Part shown: piece by piece, positions 21,570 to 31,517 of the stretch
Layout: the number at the start of each line of letters is the position of its first letter
Numbering within the stretch: the first letter of the stretch is position 1
From: an uncultured Gemmatimonadales bacterium
GTDB taxonomy: Bacteria; Gemmatimonadota; Gemmatimonadetes; Longimicrobiales; RSA9
NCBI GenBank assembly: GCA_963708135.1
Contig: OY970192.1
Location: 3,488,001-3,552,000 of the forward strand
Length of the DNA: 64,000 nucleotides
Direction: 5' to 3'
Notes under the pieces: generated by a model
The model's input: the letters and a program-made list of their open reading frames with translations, nothing else
What the model was told of the DNA's origin: nothing
Database searches by the model: none
Position numbers and translations under genes: made by a program

Positions 21570-22628
21570 ATGCGCTGGCTCTATCCGCTGCTCCTCGCCT
21601 TTCCGATCGCGCTCCTCCTCCACTGGCTGGATGCGCCGCCCGCCTGGACGTTCGCCGCGTCCGGGCTGGCCATCATTCCACTCTCTGCCGTGCTGGGCAG
21701 GGCGACAGAGGACCTCGCGGCGCACACCTCGGCCACCCTCGGCGCGCTGCTGAACGCGACACTCGGCAACGCGGCGGAGTTGATCATCACGATCCTCGCG
21801 CTGCGCCAGGGACTGGTGGACCTGGTGAAGGCGTCGCTGACGGGCTCCATCATCGGCAACCTGCTGCTCGTGCTGGGCGCCGCGCTGCTGGCGGGGGGGC
21901 TCCGTTTCCGGACGCAGTCCTTCAATGAGCGGGCAGCCGGGATGGCGTCGGCGATGCTGATGCTCTCCGTGACCGCGCTCGTGATCCCCGCGCTGTTCGT
22001 GCTGGCGCATCCGGGCACGGTGCGGCCGCGGACCTGGGAGTTATCGGTGGCGGTGGCGGGCGTGCTGATCGCAACCTACGGGGCGAGCCTCGTCTTCACG
22101 CTGCGCACCCACGCGGCGCTGCTGGGCGCTCCCGCGCACGCGGGGGAGGAGGCGGCGCGAGGCGCCCCGGCCGGCTCGCTGCGCGGTGCGGTCGCGCTGC
22201 TCGCGGCGAGCACCGTGGGCATCGCGATCATGAGCGAGCTCCTGGTCTCGACCACCGAGGCCGCCGTCGCGGCGACGGGCATCTCCGAGATCTTCGTCGG
22301 AGTGGTGCTGGTGCCGGTGATCGGCAACGCGGCCGAGCACGCGTCGGCGGTATGGATGGCGGCGCGCGACAAGATGGACCTGGCGTTCGGCATCGCCATC
22401 GGCTCCAGCACCCAGGTGGCGCTCTTCGTCGCGCCCGTGCTGGTGTTCGTGGCGCTGCTCTTCGGCCGGCGCATGGACTTCGTCTTCACGCCGATGGAGG
22501 TGGTCGCGGTCGCGGCCGCGACCGCCATCGTCAACATCATCGCGCGCGACGGCGAGACGAACTGGTTCGAGGGGGCTCAGCTGCTGGCCGTGTACGTGAT
22601 CCTGGCCGCGGCCTTCTACTTCTACTGA
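21570..22628 (+). CDS. cax: Calcium/proton exchanger
   Basis: NATLGNAAELI, GSIIGNLLL, GNAAEH, GSSTQVALF, NWFEG. Confidence 0.95.
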   Translation: MRWLYPLLLAFPIALLLHWLDAPPAWTFAASGLAIIPLSAVLGRATEDLAAHTSATLGALLNATLGNAAELIITILALRQGLVDLVKASLTGSIIGNLLLVLGAALLAGGLRFRTQSFNERAAGMASAMLMLSVTALVIPALFVLAHPGTVRPRTWELSVAVAGVLIATYGASLVFTLRTHAALLGAPAHAGEEAARGAPAGSLRGAVALLAASTVGIAIMSELLVSTTEAAVAATGISEIFVGVVLVPVIGNAAEHASAVWMAARDKMDLAFGIAIGSSTQVALFVAPVLVFVALLFGRRMDFVFTPMEVVAVAAATAIVNIIARDGETNWFEGAQLLAVYVILAAAFYFY

Positions 22629-22692
22629 GCGGCCGCGCCCGCTCCCGCTGCCGCGTCGTCGCGCGCGCTGCCTCGCGCCGGACGCCGCCCTC

Positions 22693-23580
22693 TCAGAGGC
22701 CCAGCCGCGCGGGCACCGGCTTCTCGCCCGAGTAGTCGTAGAACCCCTTGCCGCGCTTCCTGCCGAAGCGCCCCATGGCCACCATGCGGCGCAGCAGCGG
22801 CGGCGGCGCGAAGCGCGTCTCGCGGTACTCGTCGAACATGATCTCGGCGATCCGGTAGAGCGTGTCGATGCCGACGAAGTCGGCCAGCGTGAACGGCCCC
22901 ATCGGGTACCCGGTGCCGAGCGTCATGCCCCGATCGATGTCCTCGATGCTGCCCAGCCCCTGCTCGAGCCCGCGGATCGCGTCCAGCATGTAGGGCACGA
23001 GCAGCCGATTCACGATGAAGCCGGAGGTGTCCCTGGCCTCCACCGGCTCCTTGCCGAGCGAGCGCGCGAAGTCGAACGCGCGCCGGTACGGCTCCTCCCC
23101 CGTGGCGATCGTGCGCACCACCTCCACGAGCTTCATCACCGGGACCGGGTTGAAGAAGTGGAGCCCCACGACGCGGTCCGGCCGGCTCGTGGCCGCCGCC
23201 ATGTCGGCAATCGTGAGCGAGCTCGTGTTGCTCGCGAAGATGGTTTCCGGTCCGCACACGCCATCGAGGACGGCGAACATCTCGTTCTTCACGGCCAGGT
23301 CCTCCGTCACCGCCTCGATGACGATGTCGGCGCCCTTCAGGTCCTCCAGCGCCGTCGTCAGCTCGATCCGGCCGAGGATCGCGGCGCGGTCCTCCGCGGC
23401 CAGCTTTCCCTTCGAGACGGCGCGCTCCAGGCTCTTCCCGATGGCGCCCCGCCCCCGCTCCGCGGCTGCCTCATCCACCTCCCGCACGCGGGTCGTGAAA
23501 CCCGCCTTCGCCGCGACCTCGGCGATCCCGCTGCCCATCAGCCCGCACCCGAGCACGCCGACCGTGCGGATCTCAGCCAT
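22693..23580 (-). CDS. 3-hydroxybutyryl-/3-hydroxyacyl-CoA dehydrogenase
   Basis: GCGLMGSGIA, ASNTSS, HFFNP, GFIVNR, YPMGP. Confidence 0.93.
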   Translation of the reverse strand: MAEIRTVGVLGCGLMGSGIAEVAAKAGFTTRVREVDEAAAERGRGAIGKSLERAVSKGKLAAEDRAAILGRIELTTALEDLKGADIVIEAVTEDLAVKNEMFAVLDGVCGPETIFASNTSSLTIADMAAATSRPDRVVGLHFFNPVPVMKLVEVVRTIATGEEPYRRAFDFARSLGKEPVEARDTSGFIVNRLLVPYMLDAIRGLEQGLGSIEDIDRGMTLGTGYPMGPFTLADFVGIDTLYRIAEIMFDEYRETRFAPPPLLRRMVAMGRFGRKRGKGFYDYSGEKPVPARLGL

Positions 23581-23643
23581 AGATTCCTCCATTGGTTCCG
23601 AACGAACGTGAGCCGGGAAATGTGGGGATGGGGGCAGCGGAAT

Positions 23644-24513
23644 TCAACCGAAGGTGGAGCGGCCACTTCCGAGTCGGAGGCGGAGGCGTCGCCAGAAGGG
23701 GGAGGCCGGCGGGTCGAGCGACTCGCCCAGCTGGAGCCGATCGAGGAGGCCGTTCAGCTCGAGCCGCGCCGCCGCCAGGCGGCGGCGGAAGCGGGAGGCC
23801 ATGAGCGCAACGCCACCCGCGAGCCCGCCCGCGAAGCCGGTCACGGCGGCCGCCGCGGCGCCCGCGACGGCGATCGGCGCGGCGGGCAGTCCGGCGAGCA
23901 CCAGGATGAGCGCGCCCGCACCTCCGCCCACTCCCAGCCCCAGCATCGCGCCGAGGGTCAGGCCGCCCCGGATCGAGGACCTCCTCTGGTCCACCAGGTC
24001 GATGTCGAGCCGGACGTGCACTGATCCGGCCTCCAGCGGGCGGACGGCCGTGATGACGCGGCTCGCGCGGGCGAGGGAGTAGCGGCGGGACGGACGCGTC
24101 AGGGCGCGGGCCACCGACGAGATCGTGTCGTCCGCGGGCTCGAGCCAGGCGTGCTCGCCGCGCCGCCGACGGACCTGCAGGTACTCTCGCGTGACCAGGT
24201 ACTCCTCGAGCGTGCGTCTCGTGGCGGCCGGATCGGCGCGCAGCGTTCGCGCCATCTCGAGGGAGGCGGGGCCGAAGATGCGGCCCAGAGGGCCCGGCTG
24301 GCGCGGCTCCACGGGGAGCTCGAAGAGCGCCTGCTTCACGCTGCGCGCGGGCAGCCCGAGCTCGGCGCCGATGCGCATCACCTCGCTCTCCGAGATGCGC
24401 TCGTCCGCGTCCGCCTCCGCGGCGGACAGCTCCGCCGCCCGGCGGATCACCAGCTCGAGCTGGCGGCGCGTCAGGGCGCCTTCTCTCGACGATTCCCGGG
24501 ATTCATCCGACAC
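23644..24513 (-). CDS. Hypothetical membrane protein
   Basis: VIRRAAEL...IGAELGL N-terminal helical domain and C-terminal TM pair. Confidence 0.75.
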   Translation of the reverse strand: MSDESRESSREGALTRRQLELVIRRAAELSAAEADADERISESEVMRIGAELGLPARSVKQALFELPVEPRQPGPLGRIFGPASLEMARTLRADPAATRRTLEEYLVTREYLQVRRRRGEHAWLEPADDTISSVARALTRPSRRYSLARASRVITAVRPLEAGSVHVRLDIDLVDQRRSSIRGGLTLGAMLGLGVGGGAGALILVLAGLPAAPIAVAGAAAAAVTGFAGGLAGGVALMASRFRRRLAAARLELNGLLDRLQLGESLDPPASPFWRRLRLRLGSGRSTFG

Positions 24514-24559
24514 GACCTGAAGATAAGCGCCGCGCGCCCCCGTGCGAACCCCCGCGCCG

Positions 24560-25132
24560 TTAGCGCGCGGCGGCGGTCGCCTGGCCGAGCGCGCGAACGA
24601 CCGCCAGCAGCGTCTCGTCGCTCACCCGGTCCGCGGCCGTGCGGCCGACGTGCCCGAAACGCACCGCGCCCCGCCCGTCCACCACGAACTCCGCCGGCCT
24701 CGGCGCGGGCTCGCCCTCGCGCCAGACGCCCCACCGTTGCAGCGTGGCCGGCGGCACGGAGACCAGCGGAAAATCGATGTCGAGCCGCTTGCGCGTGCCC
24801 GGCAGGCTGTCCGCCGGCTCCGGCGTCACCGCGACGAGCTTCGCGCCTGCCGCCTCGTAGTCCGCGCGATACCGCTGCGCGGCGGCGAGCCGCTCGACGC
24901 AGATGCCGCAGAAGGCGCCGCGGTAGAAGATGAGCACGACAGGCGCGCCCCGCAGGCCGGCCAGGGTGAAGCGGCCGCCGCCGTCGGTGACCCCCTCGAG
25001 GGAAGGGGCCGCGGCGCGGGAGGCCGCGGGCGCGCCCGGGGCCGCTCCGCCACCGTCCTCCACTGCCGGCGCCCGGCCACAGCCCGCCAGCGCGAGGCCG
25101 AGCAGCGGAATGGTTGCGATGCGGTACCTCAT
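24560..25132 (-). CDS. Peroxiredoxin-like/AhpC-TSA thioredoxin-fold lipoprotein
   Basis: Lipobox LAGC, FYRGAFCGIC, PAEFVVD. Confidence 0.8.
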   Translation of the reverse strand: MRYRIATIPLLGLALAGCGRAPAVEDGGGAAPGAPAASRAAAPSLEGVTDGGGRFTLAGLRGAPVVLIFYRGAFCGICVERLAAAQRYRADYEAAGAKLVAVTPEPADSLPGTRKRLDIDFPLVSVPPATLQRWGVWREGEPAPRPAEFVVDGRGAVRFGHVGRTAADRVSDETLLAVVRALGQATAAAR

Positions 25133-25145
25133 GCCCCCCGCGACG

Positions 25146-26093
25146 TCAGGAAGATTCCCTGTCGGAGTGCTCGCGCCGAGGGTCAAGCTTCATGCCAGTC
25201 ACGTCCCCGGCGGGGACGCGCGGCGCCATGAGCAGTTCGCTCTCCGGCTCGGCGCGCGCGAGGGCGCGGTCCGCCTCCTCTTCCGCGCGCGCGATCTCCG
25301 CCTCGACCTTGGCATCATCGACCGGTGCCGCCTGCTCGGCGAGCTTCTTCATGAACGGCTGGAACAGGTCGATCGGGATCGGGAACAGCGTGGTCGAGTT
25401 GTTCTCGGTCGCGATCTCCGTGACCGTCTGCAGGTAGCGGAGCTGGATGGCCGCGGGATACTTGCCGATGATGCGGGCGGCCTCGGCCAGCTTGGCGGAC
25501 GCCTGGTACTCGCCCTCCGCCGCGATGATCTTCGCCCGCCGCTCCCGCTCCGCCTCCGCCTGCCGCGCCATCGCGCGCTTCATCTCCTGCGGCAGGTCGA
25601 TGTCCTTCATCTCCACTGATACCACGTCGATCCCCCAGGCGTCGGTGCCCTCGTCGATGATCTTCTGCACGATCTTGTTGATGTGCTCGCGGTCCGAGAG
25701 CAGCTGGTCGAGCTCCGCCTGCCCCACCACGTTGCGCAGCGTCGTCTGCGCGAGCTGGCTGGTGGCGTAGAGGTAGTCCTGAATCTCGACGATCGCCCTC
25801 ACGGGGTCGCGCACGCGGAAGTAGACCACCGCGTTCACCTTGACGGAGATGTTGTCGCGCGTGATCACGTCCTGCGGCGGGATGTCCATGGTGACGATGC
25901 GCAGCGGCACCTTGACCATGCGCTCGATACCGAGCGGCACGAGGAAGACCAGGCCGGGCCCGCGCGGACGGGTGAGCCGCCCGAGCCGGAAGACGACCCC
26001 GCGCTCGTACTCGCGCAGCACGCGCAGGCTCGTGATGACCACGGCCACGGCCGCCGCCGCGATCGGCAGGATGAACGGCGTCAAGAGATCCAT
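25146..26093 (-). CDS. SPFH/stomatin (slipin) protein
   Basis: [29 protein letters not shown]. Confidence 0.93.
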   Translation of the reverse strand: MDLLTPFILPIAAAAVAVVITSLRVLREYERGVVFRLGRLTRPRGPGLVFLVPLGIERMVKVPLRIVTMDIPPQDVITRDNISVKVNAVVYFRVRDPVRAIVEIQDYLYATSQLAQTTLRNVVGQAELDQLLSDREHINKIVQKIIDEGTDAWGIDVVSVEMKDIDLPQEMKRAMARQAEAERERRAKIIAAEGEYQASAKLAEAARIIGKYPAAIQLRYLQTVTEIATENNSTTLFPIPIDLFQPFMKKLAEQAAPVDDAKVEAEIARAEEEADRALARAEPESELLMAPRVPAGDVTGMKLDPRREHSDRESS

Positions 26094-26109
26094 CGTCGGA
26101 CCACCTCTC

Positions 26110-27315
26110 CTAGAGAGCCTCCACCACGACGGCCATGCCCTGGCCTCCGCCAATGCAGGCGCTGCCCAGGCCGTAACGGGCGCCACGGCGCCGCAGCTCG
26201 TGCAGCAGGTGAATGGTGATGCGCGCGCCGGATGCCGCCAGCGGGTGTGTCAGCGCGATCGCGCCGCCGTCCACGTTCGTCTTCGCGAGGTCCAGCTCGA
26301 GCTCGCGAACGACCGCCGCGTACTGCGGGGCGAACGCCTCGTTCACCTCCACCAGATCCATGGCGTCCACCCCCAGACCCGCCTTCTCCAGCGCCTTGCG
26401 CGCCGCCGGCGCCGGGCCGATTCCCATGATGTCCGGGCGCACGCCGGCGATCCCCCAGGAGACGAGCCGCCCGATCGGGCGGGCGTCGTTGCGTTGCGCC
26501 CACGCCGCGCTGGCGATGATCGTCGCCGCCGCGCCGTCGCCGATGCCGCTGGCGTTGCCCGCCGTGACCAGGCCGTCCTTCTTGAAGTAGGGACGCAGCG
26601 CTGCCAGCTGCTCGCGCGTGGTGTCCGGGCGCATGTGCTCGTCGGCCCTGAACTCGACCTCCCCCTTCCGCGTCTTGACGGGGACGCCCACGACCTCGGC
26701 GTCGTAGTGGCCCTCCTCCCAGCCGCGCCGTGCGCGTGCCTGCGACTCGTAGGCCAGCTCGTCCGCCTCCTCGCGCGTGACGCCGTACTCCTCCGCGAGC
26801 TTCTCGGCCGTCTGCGCCATCGAGAGCCCGCACTGCGGGTCCGTGAGCGCCTGCCACAGCAGGTCCTCGAAGAAGCCGCCCGCCTCGCCGAGGCGCAGCT
26901 CGCCCCAGCGCGCGCCGCGCACGATGTGCGGCGCCTGGCTCATCGACTCCGCCCCCCCGCACAGGCAGACCTCCGCCTCCCCCAGCAGGATCTGCTCGGC
27001 CCCACTCACGACCGCCTGGAATCCCGAGCCGCACAGCCGGTTGATCGTGAGCGCCGGGACCTCCACCGGCGTGCCTGCCCGGAGCCCCACGTGCCGCGCC
27101 AGGTAGATCGCGTCCGAGGAGGTCTGCAGCGCGTTCCCGAAGATCACCTGGTCCACCGCGTCCGCCGGAACGCCCGCCGTCTCCAGCGCGGAGCGCGCCG
27201 CGATGGCGCCCAGGTCCGTGGCGGTGAAAGTCTTCAGCGTCCCGCCGAATGCGCCGAACGGAGTCCGGCGCCCCGAGAGGAAGACGATGTCCGCGTCCTT
27301 GCCCTGCGTGCCCAT
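26110..27315 (-). CDS. Acetyl-CoA acetyltransferase (thiolase)
   Basis: [28 protein letters not shown]. Confidence 0.95.
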   Translation of the reverse strand: MGTQGKDADIVFLSGRRTPFGAFGGTLKTFTATDLGAIAARSALETAGVPADAVDQVIFGNALQTSSDAIYLARHVGLRAGTPVEVPALTINRLCGSGFQAVVSGAEQILLGEAEVCLCGGAESMSQAPHIVRGARWGELRLGEAGGFFEDLLWQALTDPQCGLSMAQTAEKLAEEYGVTREEADELAYESQARARRGWEEGHYDAEVVGVPVKTRKGEVEFRADEHMRPDTTREQLAALRPYFKKDGLVTAGNASGIGDGAAATIIASAAWAQRNDARPIGRLVSWGIAGVRPDIMGIGPAPAARKALEKAGLGVDAMDLVEVNEAFAPQYAAVVRELELDLAKTNVDGGAIALTHPLAASGARITIHLLHELRRRGARYGLGSACIGGGQGMAVVVEAL

Positions 27316-27393
27316 ACCGGCTCCCTTGAGTTCGATGGCTCGCGGGGTACAACCCCCGCGTGGATGGAAGGTTCGGCCGCTCGGGCGCCGCGC

Positions 27394-28455
27394 TCAGCGC
27401 GGAGCGCCGCCCAGCTCGTCCGAGATCCAGTCGCCGACGGCCGCCGTGCCGAGCCGTCCGCCCAGGTCGGGCGTGGTGTGGCCGGCGTGAATCGAGGCCC
27501 GCACGGCGCGCTCGATCCGCACCGCCTGCTCGCCGTGACCGAGGTGCTCCAGCATGAGCCCCGCGGTGAGGATCGCCGCCATGGGATTGGCCCGGTCCTG
27601 GCCCGCCAGGTCGGGCGCCGAGCCATGGACCGGCTCGAACAGGCCCGGCCGCGCCGGGTTCAGGTTGGCCGACGGCGCGAGCCCGAGGCCTCCGACGAGC
27701 CCGGCGGCCAGGTCGCTCAGGATATCGCCGAAGAGGTTGGAGGCGACGATGACGTCGTAGCGCGCCGGGTGCAGCACCAGGTCCATCGCCAGCGCATCCA
27801 CGTACATCGCATCACGCGCTATCCCCGGATACTCCTCGCCCACCTCGGCGAACACGCGCCGGTACAGCCCGCCGACGTGGCGCATTGCGTTCGCCTTGTC
27901 CGCCAGCGTCACCCGCTTGCGGCCCCGGGTGCTCGCGTACTCGAAGGCCGCCCGCACGATCCGCTCGACGCCCTTCCGCGTGTTCAGGTCCTCCTCGATC
28001 GCCAACTCGTCCGCCGTGCCGCCCTTGAACGTGCCGCCGACACCGACATACACCCCCTCCGTGTTCTCCCGGAATATGACGATGTCCACGTCCTCCACCC
28101 GCACGCTCCTCAGCGGAGAGAACGCGGCATCGAAGAGCCGCACCGGCCGCAGGTTGATATAGAGATCGAAGCGGAACCGCATGCCCAGCAGGATGTCTCG
28201 GGCGTGCGCGTTGTCGGGGACTCGCGGATCCCCAAGGGCACCCAGCAGGATGGCGTCGTACTCCGATTCCAGGCGCGCCATCTCGGCATTCGTGACGGCC
28301 ATGCCCGTGCGCAGGTAACGCTCCGCGCCGAGGTCCCACTCATCCAGCTCCAGCGAGAGCGACCCCGTCTCGGCAATGCGGCGCAGGACCTTCGCGGCCT
28401 CCCGCACGACCTCGACGCCGATGCCGTCCCCCGGGATCAGGGCAATGCGTGCCAT
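27394..28455 (-). CDS. 3-isopropylmalate/isocitrate/tartrate dehydrogenase family enzyme
   Basis: GDGIGVEV, RENTEG, DKANA, NLFGDILSD, EPVHGSAPD. Confidence 0.9.
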   Translation of the reverse strand: MARIALIPGDGIGVEVVREAAKVLRRIAETGSLSLELDEWDLGAERYLRTGMAVTNAEMARLESEYDAILLGALGDPRVPDNAHARDILLGMRFRFDLYINLRPVRLFDAAFSPLRSVRVEDVDIVIFRENTEGVYVGVGGTFKGGTADELAIEEDLNTRKGVERIVRAAFEYASTRGRKRVTLADKANAMRHVGGLYRRVFAEVGEEYPGIARDAMYVDALAMDLVLHPARYDVIVASNLFGDILSDLAAGLVGGLGLAPSANLNPARPGLFEPVHGSAPDLAGQDRANPMAAILTAGLMLEHLGHGEQAVRIERAVRASIHAGHTTPDLGGRLGTAAVGDWISDELGGAPR

Positions 28456-28516
28456 GGTCGGAGTATACGACCCGCGCGCCGCAGACCGCCAGAGCGCGCC
28501 GCCACGCCCCTCCGGT

Positions 28517-29011
28517 TCAGCGAGCCGCCGCGGAGCTCACCACGATCACGCCCCGACAGCCCTCGCTCAGGCATACGAACGGATAGCGCCCGGGCGGCGC
28601 CCCCTCCAGGCTCACCACCCAGCTCGCCCCAGTGCTGATCAGAGGCGGACCCCGCAGCTGCCCGGTCCGGTCCAGGAACCCGCGCGCCTCCGGGGCGAGT
28701 CCCGCCGCATCGAAGGCCACGGCGTGGGTCCGCGCGTCCGCGGTCACGAAGCGCACCACGTCGCCCGGATGGACCTCCACGCTCTCCGGCTGCGCCTGCC
28801 GCGCCGAATCCGGGCCGCCCAGCCGCACGTCCGCCACTCCCACCCCCGGCGCCAGCTCCACCGTGTCGCTCCCCAGCGCCAGCCGCCGCTTCTGCGGACC
28901 CGCCCGACCGCAGGACGCCGCCACGACCCCCGCCAGCGCAAGGGCCCAATACAATGCGCCGGGGCGCCCCGCTCTGGGGCGCCCCGGCGCCAGGGGCCAT
29001 TCCCCCCTCAC
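28517..29011 (-). CDS. Cupredoxin-like lipoprotein with atypical metal-binding loop
   Basis: Lipobox VAASC, PESVEVHPGDVVRF, HAVAF, PPGRYPFVC..G.IVV; GTG start overlaps the cytochrome c stop. Confidence 0.75.
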   Translation of the reverse strand: MRGEWPLAPGRPRAGRPGALYWALALAGVVAASCGRAGPQKRRLALGSDTVELAPGVGVADVRLGGPDSARQAQPESVEVHPGDVVRFVTADARTHAVAFDAAGLAPEARGFLDRTGQLRGPPLISTGASWVVSLEGAPPGRYPFVCLSEGCRGVIVVSSAAAR

Positions 29012-29511
29012 TGCCCGTGGTGACTCAGCGTGTACTCGTACGCCGCCACCGCGTTCACCTCCTGGTCCGTCAGCTGCGCCCCGCCCATCGCGGGCATCGG
29101 TGCGGGATGTTGCTTCGGCTGCGGCACCCCGGTGTGCACCAGCTTCACCATCGACTCGTAGCTGCCGTCGATGTTGAGGTAGGTCTGGTCCGTCATGTCC
29201 GGCGCCAGCGTCGTGCCCTTCCCGTCCATCCCGTGGCAGGTGTAGCAGTTGCCCTTGCCATGGAAGATCTGCTGCCCCTGCGCCACCATCTGCCCCGTCA
29301 CGCCCTGGGGCAGGTTCGTCGTGTCGAGCGCCGCCGCGGCGGCCGGGGCCGCCGCCGTGGAGCCCGCCGGCGCCGCCGACGGCGACTCGGCCGGCGCGGC
29401 CGCGGTCGTATCGGCCGCGGTCTGCTGCTGGTTCTTGTCGCCGCCGCAGGCCGTCGCGAGTCCGGCGACGGTCACCACCGCAAACATCCGCATCCACTCC
29501 CTGCTCCGCAT
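29008..29511 (-). CDS. Monoheme c-type cytochrome lipoprotein
   Basis: Lipobox LATAC, CYTCH, axial Met in PMPAMGG. Confidence 0.92.
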   Translation of the reverse strand: MRSREWMRMFAVVTVAGLATACGGDKNQQQTAADTTAAAPAESPSAAPAGSTAAAPAAAAALDTTNLPQGVTGQMVAQGQQIFHGKGNCYTCHGMDGKGTTLAPDMTDQTYLNIDGSYESMVKLVHTGVPQPKQHPAPMPAMGGAQLTDQEVNAVAAYEYTLSHHGQ

Positions 29512-29627
29512 GGGGCGTCCTCCTCAGGTCAAGGGCCTAGGCGCGAGCGGCCTCCGCCCGCGCGAGAGTACGCGTCCGGCCGCCCGGGGCCGGAGGGGCC
29601 AAAGGATAGATTTCGCCTCCCGGGCCG

Positions 29628-30485
29628 TCAAGCGGGGGCCGCCGGCTCGGGGGCGGGCGCGCCGCAGCCGATGCAGAAGCGCCAGTCGGGTTCCAGGATC
29701 TCGCCGCAGGCCGGACATGGCCGACGGGACTGGTCCGCTCCACAGAAGGGGCAGAAGCGGACGCGCCGGTCCGGCGGCAGCTCCTCGCGGCAGAAGGTAC
29801 AGGTTCCCGGCGCGGGCTGCGACGCGGCAGCGAGTGGCAACTCCCGTTCCAAGTTCTCGCCGGCGGCGGCGGCGGTCGAGGCGGCGCTGGCGTCCTCGGC
29901 GGCCGGGGCCGGGGCGGGCGGCGCATGCTCGGGCGCCGCGGGGCTCTCCGGCGGCAAATCGGGCTCCCATTCCTCGTGCGGCTGGTCCCCCGCGTTGGCC
30001 GCCGGGGCTGCGTCGAGTCGCGTTGCGGCGCTCGCAGCTTCCGGCGGCGGCTCCGGCTGGCCGGGGAGGTCGGTGTCGCGCGCGTAGAGCGCCTCCGCGG
30101 CGGCCTCGACCCAATCGGGGGTCCAGGAGGCGTCATCGGACTCCGGGGTCTCGGTGTCGCGCCCGGCCATCTCGACCAGGACATCGCAGGCGGCGTAGTC
30201 GCGGAACGCGGTGACGTCGGGATTGGGCGACCCGAGCTCACGGCTCAGGGTCTCGCGCACCTCGTCGGGCTCGAGGCGGGCGTAGCCGCCCTCGCCGGCG
30301 AGGAGGCGGAGCAGGGCGTGCTCGTAGTCGGCAATGAGCTCGACACCGATCTCGGCGCGGACGGCGCGGTATGGGATGAGCTCCTGGTAGATCTGCGCCA
30401 CGGTGATCGGTTGTCCAATGCGGTCGGGGCGGTCCCTGCGGATCGCATCCACCAGGCAGCGGTGGAGACGGGCGACGGTGTCCAT
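29628..30485 (-). CDS. Double zinc-ribbon domain protein
   Basis: CTFC, CPFCG, CPACG, CIGCG at the C-terminus after an acidic/Pro linker. Confidence 0.85.
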   Translation of the reverse strand: MDTVARLHRCLVDAIRRDRPDRIGQPITVAQIYQELIPYRAVRAEIGVELIADYEHALLRLLAGEGGYARLEPDEVRETLSRELGSPNPDVTAFRDYAACDVLVEMAGRDTETPESDDASWTPDWVEAAAEALYARDTDLPGQPEPPPEAASAATRLDAAPAANAGDQPHEEWEPDLPPESPAAPEHAPPAPAPAAEDASAASTAAAAGENLERELPLAAASQPAPGTCTFCREELPPDRRVRFCPFCGADQSRRPCPACGEILEPDWRFCIGCGAPAPEPAAPA

Positions 30486-30526
30486 TCGGGCCCTCTCAGG
30501 CGTGTGAGTTCGTGTGATCGGGCGTC

Positions 30527-31513
30527 TCAGCCGGAGCCGAGAATGGCCTGTGCCTCGGGGGGCGCGCGGTGCAGCATCTCGTCCGCGCGCGGGTCGCCGG
30601 CGGCGCGCAGGGCGCGCACCAGGCCGATCCAGTTGAGCTTCTCGTCCGGCTGCATCTGCACGGCCTGCTGGAACTGCTCGCTGGCGAAGTCGGGCCGCTT
30701 CAGCGCCATGAAAAGGTAGCCGAGCTCGCGTCGCACATCCGGGTCCTGGGGCGCGTGCTGGACGGCCAGCCGGAGCGCATCCCGGGCGTCGGCGTAGCGG
30801 CCCTCGCGGCGGTAGATGCGAGCCAGGAACAGCAGGGCGACGACATTGCCCGGGTCGTCGTGGACCGCCTGGCGGAAGCCGGCCTCCGCCACCCCGAGCC
30901 GGCCCTGGCGGAACGCCGCCACGGCGTCGTCCAGGGTGCTGCCGCGGGTGGCGAAGTACGCGATGAGCGCGGCCGCCGCAAGCAGCGCGACCACCACGCC
31001 GGCAACGAGCAGGGTGCGGGACCTGCCGCGCCCGCGGAGACGCGCCGGCACCGCGTGCACCTCTTCCGCGTCAAGGTCGTGACCCTCCACGACGTTGTGC
31101 GCGGCGTCCTGCACCGGCCGATCGGCGCGGGCGCGGACCTCGGCGCGGAGCCGATCGACCGCGCGGTCCGCCGCATCGCCGTCCTCCGCGCGCACATCGC
31201 CGGTGCCGGCCCGGCGCGCGGCCTGCTCGGTCTGGTGCAGCAGTCCGGCCAGCTCGATGGAGATGAGGCCGCGCGAGCGCAGGACCTCGAGCACCCGCTC
31301 GAGCGGAAGCTCCTCGGGGGAGAAGGCGGACAGCCGCAGCTCGCCCGGCGCCTCGGGATCGGCCCGGAGCAGCAGACGCAACGAGCGCTGGAGAGCTTCC
31401 CACACGCTCTCCAGCGCCCGCGCCAGCTCGGTGCGGTCTCCGTAGACGGTCAGCTTGTGGATCGCGTCCTCGACCTCATCCAGAGGCGCGAGAACGCGAA
31501 CGGGGTCGATCAT
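30527..31513 (-). CDS. Membrane-anchored TPR protein
   Basis: Single TM followed by TPR-like helices. Confidence 0.8.
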   Translation of the reverse strand: MIDPVRVLAPLDEVEDAIHKLTVYGDRTELARALESVWEALQRSLRLLLRADPEAPGELRLSAFSPEELPLERVLEVLRSRGLISIELAGLLHQTEQAARRAGTGDVRAEDGDAADRAVDRLRAEVRARADRPVQDAAHNVVEGHDLDAEEVHAVPARLRGRGRSRTLLVAGVVVALLAAAALIAYFATRGSTLDDAVAAFRQGRLGVAEAGFRQAVHDDPGNVVALLFLARIYRREGRYADARDALRLAVQHAPQDPDVRRELGYLFMALKRPDFASEQFQQAVQMQPDEKLNWIGLVRALRAAGDPRADEMLHRAPPEAQAILGSG

Positions 31514-31517
31514 GCCC

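Noticed and set aside
24560..25132. Possible selenoprotein peroxiredoxin
   Set aside because: Ordinary CxxC with no in-frame TGA
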